From: Felis catus
Taxonomy: Eukaryota
Direction of reading: 5' to 3'
Assembly: GCF_018350175.1 (NCBI RefSeq)
Contig: NC_058368.1
Span: forward strand, 37,636,001 to 37,700,000
Length of the DNA: 64,000 nucleotides
Below, piece after piece: positions 37,518 through 51,023 of this stretch. The notes under the pieces are model-generated. The model searched no databases and was not told the DNA's origin. It worked only from the letters and a program-made list of their open reading frames with translations. The translations under genes and the position numbers were made by a program. How positions within the stretch are numbered: position 1 is the first letter of the stretch; every line of letters starts with the position of its first letter.

Positions 37518-39146
37518 AAGAAGAAACAAAAAGCATCCAAATCAGCCAGGAAGAGGTCAAACTTTCACTCTTCACAGATGACATGATACTCTATATGGAA
37601 AACCCAAAAGATTCCACCAAAAAACTGCTAGAATTGATTCATGAATTCAGCAAATTTGCAGGATATAAAAATCAATGCACAGAAATCAGTTGCATTCCTC
37701 TACACCAACAATGAAGCTACAGAAAGAGAAATCAAGGAACCGATCCCATTTACAGTTGCACAAAAAAACCCACAAAATACCTAGGAATAAATCTAACCAA
37801 AGAGGTGAAAAATCTATACACTGAAAACTATAGAAAGCTTATGAAAGAAATTGAAGAAGGCACAAAGAAATGGAAAAAGATTCCATGCTCCTGGATAGGA
37901 AGAACAAATATTGTTAAAATGTCGATACTACCCAAAGCAGTCTACATATTCAATGCAATCCCTATCAAAGTAACACCAGCATTCTTCACAGAACTAGAAC
38001 AAATAATCCTAATATTTGTATGGAACCAGAAAAGACCACGAATAGCCAAAGCGATCTTGAAAAAGAAAACCAAAGCAATAGGAATCACAATGCCAGACTT
38101 CAAGCTATACTACAAAGCTGTAATCAGCAAGACAGTATGGTACTGGCACAAGAACACACACTCAGATCAAGGGAACAGAATAGAGATCCCAGAAATGGAC
38201 CCACAAACGTATGGCCAACTAGTCTTTGACAAAGCAGGAAAGAATATCCACTGGAATAAAGACAGTCTCTTCAGCAAGTCATGCTGGCAAAACTGGACAG
38301 AAACATGCAGAAGAATGTACCTGGACCACTTTCTTACACCATACACAAAAATAAACTCAAAATGGATGAAAGACCTCAATGTAAGACAGGATGCCATCAA
38401 AGTCCTCGAGGACAAAGCAGGCAAAAACCTCTTTGATCTTGCCCACAGCAGCTTCTTACACAACACGTCTCTGGAGGCAAGGGAAACAAAAGCAAAAATG
38501 AACTACTGGGACCTCATCAAAATAAAAAGCTTCTGTATAGCAAAGGAAACAATTAGCAAAACTAAAAGGCAGCTGACAGAATGGGAGAAGATATTTGCAA
38601 ATGACATATCAGATAAAGGGTTAGTATCCAAAATGTACAAAGAACTTGTCAAACTCAACACCCAAAAAACAAATAATCCAGTGAAGAAATGGGCAAAAGA
38701 CATGAACAGACACTTCTCCAACGAAGACATCCAGATGGCCAACCGACACATGAAAAACTGCTCCACATCACTCATCATCAAGGAAATACAAATCAAAACC
38801 ACAATGAGATACCACCTTACACCTGTCAGAATGGCTAACAGTAACAACTCAGGCAACAACGGATGTTGGCGAGGATGTGGAGAAAGAGGATCTCTTTTGC
38901 ATTGTTGGTGGCAATGCAAGCTGGTGCAGCCACTCTGGAAAACAGTATGGAGGTTCCTCAAAAAACAAAAAATAGAACTACCCTATGACCAGCAATTGCA
39001 CTACTAGGCATTTATCCAAGGGATACAGGTGTGCTGTTTCGAAGGGACACATGCACCCCCATGTTTATAGCAGCACTATCAACAGTAGCCAAAGTATGGA
39101 AAGAGCCCAAATGTACATCGGTGGATGAATGGATAAAGAAGATGTG

Positions 39147-39203
<57 letters not shown>

Positions 39204-39214
39204 GGAGTATTACT

Positions 39215-39261
<47 letters not shown>

Positions 39262-39642
39262 GGAGTATTACTCAACAATCAAAAAGAATGAAATCTTGCC
39301 ATTTGCAACTACGTGGATGGAACTGGAGGGGATTATGCTAAGTGAAATTAGTCAGAGAAAGACAAATACCATATGACTTCCCTCATATGAGGACTTTAGG
39401 AGACAAAACAGATGAACATAAGGGAAGGGAAAGAAAACTAATATGAAAACAGGGAGGGGGACAAAACAGAAGAGACTCATTAATATGGAGAACAAACTGA
39501 GGGTTACTGGAGGGGTTGTGGGAGGGGGGGATGGGCTAAATGGGTAAGTGGCACTAAGGAATCTACTCCTGAAATCATTGTTGCACTATATGCTAACTAA
39601 TTTGGACGTAAATGTCAAAAAATAAAAAATACAATTAAAAAC
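37518..39642 (+). mobile_element. 5'-truncated L1 (RT through 3'UTR)
   Basis: ORF 37805-39007 encodes 400 aa of ORF2; ttcacagatgacatg (FTDDM) upstream; G-rich 3'UTR and A-rich tail. Confidence 0.96.
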
Positions 39643-39886
39643 AAGAATATTAAAAATATAAAGTTATGTTAAAGAACAAAAATAGGATTGGCTTTATTCT
39701 TTTTAGTACTAATACAAATCACAGATGCACTTAAAGTAAAATCTACAATGATCTGGAAGAAAAGAGTTGTGACCTAGCCATGTTAAATTTGGTCAGGTTG
39801 TCAATAAGATGTGACAAATATGTGATGTTTTCAGATATTTACTAAACTGGAAAATATATGTTCAAGGCACTTTTATGTAACTGTGG

Positions 39887-40250
39887 TGTTTTAATCTATT
39901 TGGGCCCCTCTAATCGAGTACCATAAACTAGGTGGCTTATGAACGACAGAAATGTATTTCTCACAGTTTTAGAGGGAAGTCTAAGGTCATGGTGCCGGCA
40001 TGATCATGTTATGGTGAGATCTCACTTCCGGGTTCATAGCCAGTGCTTCCTCTGCTATGTCCCCACATGGAGGAAGGGACTAGGGATCTCTCTGGAGCCC
40101 CTTTTGTAAAAGCATGAATTCTTCATCAGGGCTCCACCCACATAACTTAAGCCCCTTTCAAAGGTCCCATCTTCTAACAGCATCATCTTTGGGAGTTAGG
40201 ATTACAACATATGAATTTTAGCAAGGTATAAACATTCAGGCCATTGCCAA
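39887..40250 (-). mobile_element. MLT1A-like MaLR LTR
   Basis: taccataaactaggtggctta...tttctcacagtt...aacattcaggccattg. Confidence 0.8.
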
Positions 40251-40437
40251 TGGTTAACTAGTAGTAAAAACAAGTGGAACTAAAGAAATTATCCACACTG
40301 GGCCACCTTGAGAGGAATCTTTCCTGAACTGAAAATTATTGGCACATTAATGTAAATTGCAAATGCTGGACATTTTCTAGCAAAAAAAAAAGTATTTTTC
40401 GAAATCAAAAAATGTATACACAATTAGAAATATTTTA

Positions 40438-40664
40438 TCTTTTAATTTTATTTAATGTCTATTATTTATTTTTGAGAGAGAGAAAGAGAGAGACAGAGCA
40501 AGAGCAGGGGAGAGGCAGAGAGAGAGAGGGAGACACAGAATCTGAAGCAAGCTCCAGTCTCTGAGCTGTCAGCACAGAGCCAGACAAGGGGCTTGAACTC
40601 ACCAACCCTTGAGATCATGACCTGAGCCGAAGTCGCTTATCTGACTGAGCCATCCAAGTGTCCC
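40438..40664 (-). mobile_element. CAN-SINE
   Basis: TSD core gaaatatttta on both sides. Confidence 0.92.
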
Positions 40665-40994
40665 ATAAATGGAAATATTTTAAAGATTTTGTTGAATTGC
40701 CTGTCTCAGGTTTCTTCACCCACAGTATATTCTTTCACTGGAAAGTAACTACTCTGTGCCAGGCAATGTTCTAAAGTTGGAGACCCATTGGTAAGTAAGG
40801 CAGATAGATTTCAAACTCTGATGAAGCTTGTATTCTAACTAGAGTTTAAACAATCACAGAAACAAATAAGTCATGATAAGCTAGGAAGAAAATAGGATCC
40901 TCTAGTATGATAGTGTGATATATTTAATGTCAAGGAAAGAGGGCAGAACCAGGATACAAATTGAAAATGAGAAAACATTAAGGTAGAGATATTC

Positions 40995-41360
40995 TTCAAG
41001 ATAGGCTGGGACATATTTCTGTAACAAACAACTCTAATACCTCAGTGTTCTGTATTTCAAAAGCTTGTTTCTCACCCACGTTTCTGTCCTGCCTGGGTGA
41101 GCAGGGTGCTATGCTCCATAAAGTCACGCTGGGACCTCACTAAAGCAACTCGTGCAAGTATAATTTGGAACGTCCAGTTTTTTATTAAGAAAAGGGCCGG
41201 GGAATCATGTGCTGATTTTCACTGTTTAAATATGCAAGCGACTCACATTATTTCCCACACATTGTATTAGCTAGAACCTGTTACATGTCACTAATTGAAA
41301 GAGTGTGGGAAACACAGTGGAGCAAAAGAAAACCTTGGTAAGCATTACTGCACCTCATCC
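40995..41360 (-). mobile_element. Old MLT1 (J/K/L-like) LTR fragment
   Basis: caagataggctggg...gtaacaaacaactc...cacacattgtattagctagaac. Confidence 0.55.
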
Positions 41361-41890
41361 ACCAGGAGAATGAGGTGTCATTGGAGCAAAGAAAAATTTG
41401 GAAGAACCTGAGATCACCTTTTCTGGCTGCTAGGATTTATGGTAAAAAATGAACTCTATATGAAAACATACATGTCATTGGTAGCCTGGCATATATAACT
41501 TGCCCAATTAAGCTTTGAGAGTGAAACAGTGTTATTAACTATTAGCTACAGCACCAGGTATAAAGAAAGACTTCCAGTGAAAACTGGGAAGTATGTTCAC
41601 TCAAGTCGATGGTGACTTAAAACACAGACGTTTCAGTGAAATGGACAAGACCACAGCCTTATTATGGTAGATTCAGTTGGGACTGGGGAAATGGGAGTGA
41701 GGTAGGGAAAAATGTGACTGGAGGGCACCCTTCTGATAGGTTATTTTGTGAAGGAGATCAGAAAAGCAGGAAACAGATGTAGAGTTACACTTGACTTGTT
41801 TTTTGCTTTGTTTTGTTTTTGTTTTTGTAAAGGTAGAGAAACTAAAGACCATTTGTATATCTAGGGGGAATGATTGACTTAGGAACTTAT

Positions 41891-42026
41891 GGGGCACCTG
41901 GGTGGCTCAGTCGGTTAAGTGTCCGACTTTGGCTCAGGTCGTGGTCTTACGGTTTGTGAGTTTGAGCCCCGTGTCAGGCTCTGGGCTGACAGCACGGAGC
42001 CTGGACCCTGCTTCAAGTTGTCTCCC

Positions 42027-42091
<65 letters not shown>

Positions 42092-42127
42092 AATGAATAA
42101 ATATTAAAAAATTAGAAAAAAAAAAAG
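41891..42127 (+). mobile_element. CAN-SINE with long (CT)n
   Basis: Head, (CT)n, A tail. Confidence 0.93.
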
Positions 42128-45104
42128 AGCTTAAAACACTGATAATGGAAAGGAGAAATGAAGCCCTCCGGAAGTCATGGGTAAGTCAGGAGAGGGAGGT
42201 ATATGCTTACAGGAAACAATGCTCCTTTCTGTAACAGGAGAGAAGGCAGAGAACAGTGGTCAAAACCAGGGTAGATCCATAAATTCTCTAATTTTCAGAG
42301 TAAAGCATTTTCTCGGCACTCCTAAAGGCGATTTCTATTTTCTCAGTGGAATGCAAGGCAAAGTTAGCACAAACATTTGCATCAAAACAAAATTGTGTAA
42401 AATGCATTTAACAGGATGGGAAAGTCTGCAATGTGTTTATATTGGGATTTATTGATACCCCAACCCTTCCACCACAGTCAGTCTTGACCTCAGAAGGCCC
42501 ATCCGCCTGTGTTCTCTTGAATCATTACTTGTATGTTAGCTTGAACGTTTCCCAAAAGTTCCCAAAACTTTGAAAAACGCAGGCATAATTGCATATGCTA
42601 ATGAATTAGACTCGATTGTCATTTATCACCTCAGTCAGCAGAGCCAGGACCATACATGTAGTTCTGGACCGTATTCTTCCATGGAGGGAATCTTGAGAAT
42701 GATATTATGTGCCATTACCATGTTACTGTGTCCCATTAGCGGTGGAAGCGAGATGCTGAGGATCATCCTTGAGAGCTGAGACTGTTTTTGTGATGCCTTC
42801 AAATGGAGTCCAGCCTTCCTGTGTTTTGCTGAACTTTGGGAGTCTGGGCAAACATTATCTGCTACAATGTTTCTTTAGTCCTAAAAGGTTAAAGTGTTTA
42901 ATGATTTACACCTCAAGTCAAACACGAAAATCCTTTCTCCCCGGTGCTAACGTACAGCCAAGTCTCCTGGGATAGGAGGAGTTTTAGTTTTAACTGGTGT
43001 TGTAAACACGCTATGCTAAATCAATATTCCCTTGAATTTTATATATCCAAAAAAAAAAAAAAAGGATGGGAGTTAAAGACGGTTGCTAACATTTTAGTTT
43101 TTCATGGAAGCCTATTAAAATACTATCATTCATGGTTAACCTTGTTTCATGAAACAAAGGACATTTTAATGCAAAATTGGAAATCACATAATTTAATGAT
43201 AAAAATAATTTATCTAGATTGAATGGATGTTTTTAGTTATTACAAACTTTCCACAGTTTACTTTGTTTTGGAAACCAGCCCTAATCCATACTCCTTTCAA
43301 CAAGATGACATTCTTGCTTTTGGTTGTCCACTTAATATCTTACCTCATTGCTTTATGTCCTAATATTTCATGAATTTTTGCCTCTTACACTGGAATATAA
43401 GTTACACAAACATATGGCATTTTATATTCCCATTGCCAAACTATGGTGCCACATTAACAGGCACTCATAAAACATTTGTTGAAAGAAGAATGCATAACAT
43501 AAAATAAAAATTTTACATTAAATTTTACATTTAGTTATCTAAATGGCCCTAATTTGCTTGTTCCTTTCCCTTCAGAGAGTACAAGCATATGACAAAAATT
43601 TATATGCAGTTCAATATTTCCTTATTTTCAACATGCTAGCCATATGTCACATATGTTTGCCCCTATGGCTTTTGTTATCAGAAGAAAAGGTTTTTAATTT
43701 TTGGCTCATGTTCTTCAGACTTCATTAACAAGACTATAACAGTGAAAACTAGCACATTTTGCATTAGTAATTACTAACACAGATGTGGTAACTTTTTGCT
43801 CAGAGTGTCATAGTCACTGCTTAGATACATTTGACAGTTTATAAGGCTAATATCCCCATTTCTCAAGGTGAGATAAAAATTTGTGTGTGTGTGTGTGTGT
43901 GTTTAAGCCAACACTAGGCTACTGCATTTATTACCCAACAAGTGCTGAATTCTTATCATGGTATTTGCCTATGATAAATGGCTTACAGGGCCAGACTTTA
44001 TCTTTGGGAATCTTGGGTTGAAAACTGGCAGGTATAGTTCTAACTTTAAGCTTTTGTATCAATTATGCTTGAAGCATAGTAGGAAACAATTCAATGACCG
44101 GATTTCACGTATTTATTTAAGGCAATGCCTATTATAACTTTATTCGATACAAGAAAATATGCCAATTTGACAACTTTGCATGCAAAACGTTCATGGAGCA
44201 AAATTCATATATGCTATTAGAATTGTGTTATTGTATGTTTATTTAATTCTACTTTTTGCTGACTCTGATACTTGTTCCTCACTATTTTCTGTATGCCTTA
44301 TACTTTTATCTTAAGGCTGAGGCTAAGGAAAAAGAGTGGAGGTCACAGGCCTATAGTTTATCATAAGCATGTTGATGTGTTCCATGCCCAAGTTCACATG
44401 GTCCCACAAGGGCCGTGGGTCCTGCTCAGACGAGCTTGGGCACAAGCATCTGCCAAGACTTAGTCCTCCCTTTAGCTCTTCCTCCTCTGCCTGGGTTTGT
44501 ACCCAGTGGCTCTCTCTGAATTGCTAACACCACCCAGAGCGTGGCCAAGGAGCAGAACATGAATCCCTAGTCAGTCCGTAAGGCATTTCAGTATATATAT
44601 TTGGGGAACTAAGGTACGGAACAAAGGTCCTTTGAAGTTAATTCTGTTAGTTAGCTTGGGGAAAATCTTAAAAGAGTAAATGATTCCAGCATAAATGCCT
44701 TATTTTTATAATCTTACCTGCTCTCATGCATTTTAGATTTTATACTTAATAGTCTCATTCTGTTAACTGTTAGGAAAAATTACATAAAATTATACTCTTC
44801 TGCAAAGATACCAAAAAGGAACTAGGAGAGTACTGCATTTTGAAGATTTCTGACAGTTTGTAGCACTCTTTCAAACATCAGTATAATAAATTCCATGTAG
44901 ATAAAGATAATTTTCCTTTGCCTCAACTTGTAAATTATGTTCCTTAGATATTCTAGGGTACAGTTAGTTCTCAAGGTCTTTGATTCTGAAATATTTTCCA
45001 GGTCTAATTAAAAAAATTTTAAATAAAAAAATTATTTTAACCTATAGGATTAGTGGGATTCAAGGCCTTAAAAATACTCTGTAAAATAAGATGAAATAAT
45101 TTTT

Positions 45105-45298
45105 TAAATGTTTATTTATTTTTGAGAGAGAGAGAGAGAGGAGAGCACAAGCAGGAGAGGGTCAGTGAGAGAGGGAGACAGAATCCGAAGCAGGCTCCAG
45201 GCTCTGAGCTGTCAGCACAGGGTCCCACGAGGGGCTCGAACTCACTAACCGTGAGATCATGACCTGAGTGAAGTCAGATGCTTAACCCGGGTGCCCCC
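45105..45298 (-). mobile_element. CAN-SINE lacking part of the A-box region
   Basis: TSD tgaaat(a/g)attttt; reads cttaacccgggtgcccc where other copies have cttaaccgactgagccacccaggcgcccc. Confidence 0.92.
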
Positions 45299-45456
45299 TG
45301 AAATGATTTTTGATGAGATAGGGTGTTGACTTGGTATGTCACAGCAGCATGTTGTTCATATTGGTGTTGCCATGAAATTTTAGCAATCGCATCCTTAAAA
45401 AGAAAAGTTAATTTTCTTTCTTCTTCATTAGACCACCTTCTCTGCATTGAGTCTTT

Positions 45457-45675
45457 TTTTTTAATTTTTTTTTAACGTTTATTTATTTTTGAGACAGAGA
45501 GAGACAGAGCATGAACAGAGGAGGGTCAGAGAGAGAGGGAGACACAGAATCGGAAACAGGCTCCAGGCTCTGAGCTATCAGCACAGAGCCTGACACAGGG
45601 CTTGAACTCACAGACCACGAGATCATGACCTGAGCCAAAGTCAGACACTTAACCGAGTGAGCCACCCAGGCGCCC
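45457..45675 (-). mobile_element. CAN-SINE
   Basis: TSD ctgcattgagtcttt at 45442-45456 and 45676-45690. Confidence 0.95.
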
Positions 45676-46759
45676 CTGCATTGAGTCTTTCAACAGGACT
45701 CTATATTTTGTGGAAATGATCATAAATGGGTATGGAGTTGCTTTTTATGTTATGGAAATCATTTAAAAACTAGATTGTTGTGATGTAGTCTGCAAATATA
45801 CTTAAAAGCATTGAATTGTACCCCTCAGTGAGTGTGTTTTGTCATGTATGAGTTCTATCTCCGTAAAACTATTAAAAATGCCAAGTACCTAATTGAAGAC
45901 TCATATGCACTATAACCAGGAAGTTTGAAATGTTTTGATAATATGAAAAGCTTTTTAAAAATCCAAATCTCTCTCCTTTTGGCGATGACTACCATAATTA
46001 TTACGAGGTTGTGAAACTAAGGGAATGACATCAGTACAGTGCTAATCCATTACAAATGTTATTAATATAATCACTTGTGGTACTATAGACAGACACTGCT
46101 CTCCTCATAATTCTGGTTCCTCCCTAATGAAGCATGAAATATTCTGGTATGGGGACTGGGCCACACTGAAGGAATATATATTACAGGTTTCGGAAAATCA
46201 TAGTACCTACTGGCAGTGTACCTCTCAAGGTCACCACTGTCACTTGGAATCTGCAGAACTGGAAAGTGGGCCCAGTATTTAAGTAGTGGCAGCTTCAAGG
46301 TGACAGAGCAGTGGGGCTTCCCTCAAGGAGACAGAAGGAGCTAGAAGCAGATGAGGAAGTCTGGCATATAAGACAAATAATAATCACATGCCATCGGATA
46401 AAAGTTTTTTCCCCTATGTATTGCACATATAGGGCTAATTTATTTCACATACAAAGAAGTTATTAAAATTAATATTTCAGAAACAAAAGTAATTTTTTTA
46501 AAAAAGGGACAACACATCTCTTGTTTTAGATTGCTTGCCTGACCCTTATTCAGTGCGGTTCTGAGTTTCTGATTTCCCCTTATCAGGCTATTGTTACTAT
46601 AATTTTACATTTTACTAAGTATAAGAAGACAAATGGGCATGCTAGTAGAGTCCCTTAATTTCAGACAAAAATAAATAAAAATAAACTTAAAAAAAAAGAT
46701 TCCCTTAAGATTCTCTTAATTTCAGTCCTTGCCTCTTTTATTTAGCAGCAGCCCTACCT

Positions 46760-48720
46760 TTTCATGATATTCAGAGTTAATTACCCCCACAAATATAGTT
46801 CTTTATTTGTTCGCCTCTGGGTGTACTGGCACGAGGACTCAAAAATGACCATATGACATCATTGCTTAAATTTAGTGCCACCTGATTATATCCACAGGTG
46901 AAAACGTCCCACCTCTTGAATCTTGCTCTTGTAATTCTTCCAAGTCTAAAGTTTTCAAAGGAGTAAAGCACAAAACCAAGGAGAACAGGGGGGAACCACA
47001 GTGGCTCAGTTTGTTAGTCCAACTCTTGGTTTCAGCTCAGGTCGTGATCTTGTGATTTGTGAGATCCAGCACCGTGTGGGGCTCTGCCCTGGCAGCACAG
47101 AGCCTGCTTGGGATTCTCTCTCTCCCTCTGCCCCTCCCCCATGCACACACTATCTCTCTCTCAAAACAAAATAAACTTAAAAAAAAAATGAACAGAGAGT
47201 CATGGTGACAGAGCGTCACTGATAATTCCATATCTGTTTCATGGATCCTTTTTTTTTTTTTTAATGATATCAGGGGAGACCATACTGTGCAACGACTACG
47301 AGTTTAACTTGCATACCGATCCTAAATGATGATTCTCTAATCCTAGGATGTCATACCCAATGTGATATTATCCAGCCCTTGAAGAGGTCATTTCCAGGCA
47401 CTGTCAGATCAGAAGTTTCTAAGTGATTGCAGTATAAGGTGCATCCAGTGGATTTTGTGATCAAATGCTCATCTTCACATCTAAAATTAGTCTTTTGGTC
47501 TGAGGTGAGGTTATGTAAGATCTTATGTTGTTCAATCAGATGTTTGTGTACCCTCATATGGTGGTGCTGCCATAGATTGTGTGGGCAGGTTAAATGCATT
47601 AACAGAACATGAATCAATCTAGAAATTACCATCCCCTTCGGGATGGAAGGGTTCCCATGTAATCAACGTGCCAGCAAGAGACTGCTTGGTCTTCTTGAGA
47701 GATGGTGCTGTTTTAGAGACTCAGCATTGGTTTCTACTGCCAACGGGTTGCATATTTAGCAGCTGAAGGTGGTAGATAAACATTAAACAAAGGAAGCTGA
47801 TGCTGTTAGGTCTACGTTATAGCTTCCATTTCTGATACAATGACCATGATGTTCCTGCACCATTGTGAATATGCTTGGTATGACTGAGGTCAGAGGCTGG
47901 AGGACATCCACTGGAAACGCATTCTTGCTTCCTATTTGTTGGATATTTCCTCTGCAGCATATGCTCTCTGGGGAACATTGTACTTATCTAGGTATATCCG
48001 CATCCTTCTGTCACAGAGTTTTCTCTTTTCTGTTGTCCTATCTTATTCTTTAAGACCCCTGAGCCATCATTCTAAGAGATTCATCCACCAAGTGTATGGC
48101 CAGGTATATCCAAGTCCACTGAAATTGTTTTCCCTCATTCCATCTTTCAGGTAACCCCATGTGGTGTCTATCTTTTGTTCACACTAACTGATAGAGTGTT
48201 CCATTCATAAGACCTGGATTTGTTCTTCTTCACCAAAGGAAATTACCCATGAGGCTATATGTGTGAGTTACTGAAAGGGATCAGTGTTACTTAGGTCAGT
48301 GTGAGTCTTGATCATCCATTTATGTCCCCAAATATGCTTGGATTTGATGCTATATGTCCCAGTTCCACTCTATGATGGACTGCTTCTAATTTGCTTGACC
48401 TAATGACTTGGTGCAATCTTATTCACACTTTATTATTACACTCCTGGTTAACTTTAATGAAGGGAACATGGCCATCTGGTGGTTTCTCTAGTCTTACCTA
48501 TTAAAATCCATTATAATATGCCATATTATAATGAAGCTTCTCTGAGTTTCCTGAAAGGCTACTTTTATATTCTTCCAATGCAATTATAGCACTTTTAACC
48601 TCAATTAACAAGGTCCACTATTTATCCCAAGATTCAAGAAACAATTCTATAAATGTATTAGGACCAAGTCCTTGTTAGAATCACTGACAGGTTTTGTTCT
48701 ACCATCCTAGACTCTTTCTT
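46760..48720 (-). mobile_element. ERV-L (class III) internal pol/integrase fossil, interrupted by a SINE
   Basis: Minus strand at 47641-47673 translates WHVDYMGTLPS, matching the ERV-L integrase motif WQVDYIGPLPS. Boundaries approximate. Confidence 0.75.
46988..47190 (+). mobile_element. CAN-SINE
   Basis: Head, (CT)n, tail. Confidence 0.88.
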
Positions 48721-48858
48721 TTACTCACCCCTTAGGAAAAAAAAAATTAAAGAAAATAATAATACATAACAATGGATTTGATAAATACACTTCTAGCATA
48801 AGTTTTTATATGTATTCCATTAACATATAAATCCAAAGAAATAATAAAGAATTATTTT

Positions 48859-49076
48859 GGGGCACCTGGGTGGCTCAGTTGGTTAAGCGTCCAACTTCGC
48901 CTCAGGTCATGATCTCATGGTCCGTGAGTTCAAGCCCCACGTCAGGCTCTGTGCTGACAGCTCAGAGCCTGGAGCCTGCTTTGGATTCTGTGTCTCCCTC
49001 TCTCTCTGCCCCTCCCCTGTTCATGCTCTGTCTCTCTCTGTCTCAAAAATAAATAAATGTTAAAAAAAAATTAAAA
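48859..49076 (+). mobile_element. CAN-SINE
   Basis: TSD aaagaattatttt at 48846-48858 and 49077-49089. Confidence 0.96.
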
Positions 49077-49122
49077 AAAGAATTATTTTATATTTGCTAT
49101 TAAATGTACATAAACACTTGAT

Positions 49123-49690
49123 ATTCATTCATTCATTCAGTATGAATTAGTAATGTATAGCAGCCTCCTATGGATGCTGGGAAACATTAGTGAACAACAG
49201 AAACAAAAATCTCTGCTTTCATGCTGTTTACCTTGAAGTGAATGAATGGCAGATGCACAAATAATTTATAGCAGCATATAATATGGTGATAAATGCAATG
49301 GAGAAAACCAACATGCAGGAAGATAGGCTGTTGAGTTAAATAGTGTTACCAGGAAGCGATTGTAGTGAAACCAAAACATTCACAGCAATATTTGAATGAA
49401 CTGAAAGAATGGTCCTCGTAGATACCTGGGATCAAAGACATATATGTCAGTGGGAACAAGAAATAGAATAACTCTTAGGAAGAAATATGATTTTCTAGTT
49501 GAAAAAGTTAATGAGGCCAGTGTGTCAATTTTGGGATGGACAGCGACAGCGGGAGAGTGGTGGACATAAGGATTGGTGAGGTAAGGCAAAACCATATTCT
49601 CTGGCATGTTGCTAGTCATTTTAGTAAGAACTTTGATTTTACTCAAAGTGAGAGGAAAGGATATAAGAAGGTATTGTGCAGACACATTAG
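49123..49690 (-). mobile_element. L2 3' fragment
   Basis: (CATT)n end followed by L2-like cattagtgaacaacagaaacaaaaatctctgctttcatg. Confidence 0.7.
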
Positions 49691-49985
49691 ATTACCTGGC
49701 AAAAATGAGACACTATTAAAAGTCACCAAAGCAATCTGCATATGGATTTTGGCGTTAACCGTGGAGAGACAAGAAATCAGCACTGCTGAGTAGAAGGCAC
49801 CGTTTGTGTTATATTCTTCGCAGACTGCAGCCCTGGAGCACATAGTGTGTGGCACCCTCCGGGATTCATCAAAACAGCAGCTGCTGAGCAGTGGTTACAC
49901 AGATTGTTCCGCAACTTGATATGCCACTTGATATTAATTTTTTAAGGTGTACTCATGTTGATTCATATAACTGACAGTCATTTTT

Positions 49986-50191
49986 AAAAAAAATTTTTAC
50001 ATCTATTTATTTTTGAGAGACAGAGCACAAGTTGGGGAGGGGCAGAGAGAGAGGGAGACACAGAATCCGAAGCAGGCTCCAGGCTCCGAGCTGTCAGCAC
50101 AGAGCCCTACGCGGGGCTTGAACTCACAGACCGTGAGTTCATGACCTGAGCTGAAGTCGGACGCTCAACCGACTGAGCCACCCATGCGCCC
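49986..50191 (-). mobile_element. CAN-SINE
   Basis: TSD ctgacagtcattttt at 49971-49985 and 50192-50206. Confidence 0.96.
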
Positions 50192-50284
50192 CTGACAGTC
50201 ATTTTTTAAGTGACTGAATATTATTCCATTGAATGGAGACACACACACATACCGTATAACCTGGTGTATATCTATATTATAATA

Positions 50285-50545
50285 GAATGACGGTTAAGAC
50301 AGTGACTTCTAGAGCATCTTGAGTAATTTCGATCTGGGCTTGGCTTTGACTGGTTGAATGATCTTCTGTGAACAATTTACATAATTAAATTCTACATCAG
50401 CTTTGTTATCTTTGAAATGGGATTAATAATAGAAGCTTTCCTCTTAGGGTTTATAATGAAGATTAAATAACTTAATATAAATTAAAATATTTAGAAATTA
50501 GCAAAATATTTAGCAATTGGTCAATATGGAATAGATGTGATTATT
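50285..50545 (+). mobile_element. MIR
   Basis: Degenerate core atctttgaaatgggattaataatag...gggtttataatgaagattaaataa. Confidence 0.6.
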
Positions 50546-51023
50546 ATTGCTGCCACTGCTATTCATCTATACCCTTCTGGATGGTCATTTATGTTCTCAA
50601 TTTTGCACTATTATAAACAACATTACCATAAACACTTTTAGTGAGTGGCAATACACATTTTTTTGCACTTTTGAGGAAGACATTCCTCTTCAGTGCATAT
50701 TCTTATATATTCCATGTCACAGGATAAGTTTAATTTTTTGGATACTGTGAAATTGTTCTTCAAGTGTGGTGTTTATAATTTACATTCCCACCAGCAGTGT
50801 GTAAGACTTAGAGTTAACTACAACATTACCATCAACTGATATTGTAACTCTTGGCCCCATAAGACGGTGTCTCATTATTGCTTTAATTTGTATTTTCCTA
50901 AATGCTTATCAGGTTGAATGTCTTTGCACATGCTTGTGTCTTCTTCTTAGAAACTGCTGTTTATATGATTCAATTGTTTTAAAAATTGCTTATGGGTAAA
51001 TTCTCTATAGAATAAAATTTATT

